Positions 62,570-64,000 of a stretch of DNA of 64,000 nucleotides are shown in pieces. The notes below the pieces were generated by a model, which searched no databases, was not told the origin of the DNA, and saw nothing but the letters and a program-made list of their open reading frames with translations. The DNA is from Tubulanus polymorphus (Eukaryota; Animalia; Nemertea). The stretch spans positions 7,192,001 to 7,256,000 of the forward strand of contig NC_134031.1 of NCBI RefSeq assembly GCF_964204645.1, written 5' to 3'. Made by a program: the position numbers and the translations under genes. Positions within the stretch are counted from its first letter, which is position 1. Each line of letters opens with the position of its first letter.

Positions 62570-64000
62570 ATGGACTCAATTGAATGTCAGACTCGATATT
62601 TGGCATTTTATGCGAAGATTCGCCAGCGGTTTGCACGACTGATGCACATCGGCTGTACAGTACCTTTTTAAGAAATGTAAGTCGATGTATTTTCAAGTGG
62701 GACCCCGTGGACCTTCAAAATTTGAAAAAAGCTAAGTCCGAAATGCTCGCTAGCCAGGGAGTTTCTGGGCTTAGTGAAAAACCGCTGATGCAGAGTATTT
62801 CCAAACAGGAGTTAGCTCTTCACTGTAAACATACTACCAGCGGTACTGAAGAAGCTCCTTCGTCAATTAATCGCGTCGATGTCCGGAGATGCTGGAAAAG
62901 ATACTCTCGGTGTTCCGCTGTTTAATCGTGAAAAGATGGCAGAGATCTGGGATAAACAAAGACGGCACATTGCGTGCATTCAAGACCCACCTGGTGTTGA
63001 ACTCTACACGCAGACTGGCACATCCAAAAAAGGGAATAGTCTGTTACCTACGTATCGATGTGCCCGAGGTACTACTTCACTTGAGTCGTTTCATATCCAC
63101 CTAAATCGATTTATCCCAGGTAAATAGTTTGATAATCAGTCTGTACTAAGAAAGATAATTTTTGTTAGGTGATGAAATTTAGCTAGGTCAAATTTGTAAA
63201 TATGGGTTTTTGCTTGATATATTTTCAGGAACTGTAGCTAACGATGCAAGCTACCAGGCTTACCCGGTTGATGGATTGTCACGCTGGAACGAGGACCGGG
63301 CTGTCGATGCCGTTTCCAGAAATCGTGAGGTGTATTCGTACAGTGGCTATCTCCGTCAACACATCAATGAGCTAAGCTCAAAAGTTCCCCATCATACCAA
63401 GCACCCCTCAAGTACACTGGAGAACTGATCGGGATTGAGTATCTGTATAATCTGACTAGAAAGGTCCCCAGTGACTATAGATCACTGCTTAATGAGGAGG
63501 CTGCTGAGGATCTGGACGACACCCCTGAGGAAGCTAGCACTGATACAGTTGACAAAGGCATTGTTTTGGAGCAAACCTTCGATGAAACTATTACTTTACC
63601 AGGGGATGGAGATATAGAAGATGATTTATTATGTAAGTTACCAATACAAAGTAGTAATTTGATCATAATACTAACTAATTTGTTTCTTCTGAAGATCTGG
63701 CTTGATATATCTATTATCAGTTATGCTTATAGCTATGCATGAGCCTGTCATTCATGGTATTTTTGGTGATGTAGAAATTTTACTTATTTACAGTTTCACT
63801 CAGTTCATCAAAATCGTCCAACGATGCCGATACTCGCCCTTCAACGATGGAAGTTACTGATATCAGCACTATGAATATCCATCCTGTAATTACAGATGAA
63901 CTCGGGGATACTTATGTGCCCAACCCTACAGTAACCGATAAATCTTGAGTGTTACCTCCGTTAACAAGTTGCTTGGATGAACAGGTAAGTTCTCACCAAC
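62570..64000 (+). pseudogene. Dada-like DDE transposase copy (decayed), paralogous to 51830-53100
   Basis: RLDIWHFMRRF, CIQDPPGVELY, YRCARGTTSLESFHIHLNRFIPG, with the intron at 63120-63228 in the same position as in the other copy. Confidence 0.65.

Overview
Eukaryotic (invertebrate metazoan-like) genomic DNA, AT-rich with spliceosomal introns. About 4.8-42 kb holds three spliced genes, which I reconstructed by hand. PLEKHM2/SKIP is on the minus strand (18 coding exons, ~1176 aa, RUN + PH domains). BTBD8 is on the minus strand (13 coding exons, ~923 aa, tandem BTB). Between them is a plus-strand gene I cannot assign (~328 aa) built from 11 copies of a 26-aa repeat; it has a GC-AG intron and is divergent from PLEKHM2. 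Introns carry Helentron/HINE-like elements, MITEs, SINE-like pieces and Penelope-type inverted repeats with minimal hammerhead-like motifs. From ~43 kb to the end the window is nested, decayed transposon sequence: a truncated DIRS bracketed by a perfect 63-bp direct repeat, Penelope RT and GIY-YIG fragments, several intron-containing Dada-like DDE transposase pseudogenes, CR1, piggyBac, BEL/Pao and a P-like TIR element with a 7-bp TSD. The most interesting items are the 26-aa repeat protein gene, the hammerhead-like Penelope hairpins and 30-40 bp P-type excision-footprint-like palindromes. Family assignments rest on remembered motifs; no database search was run.
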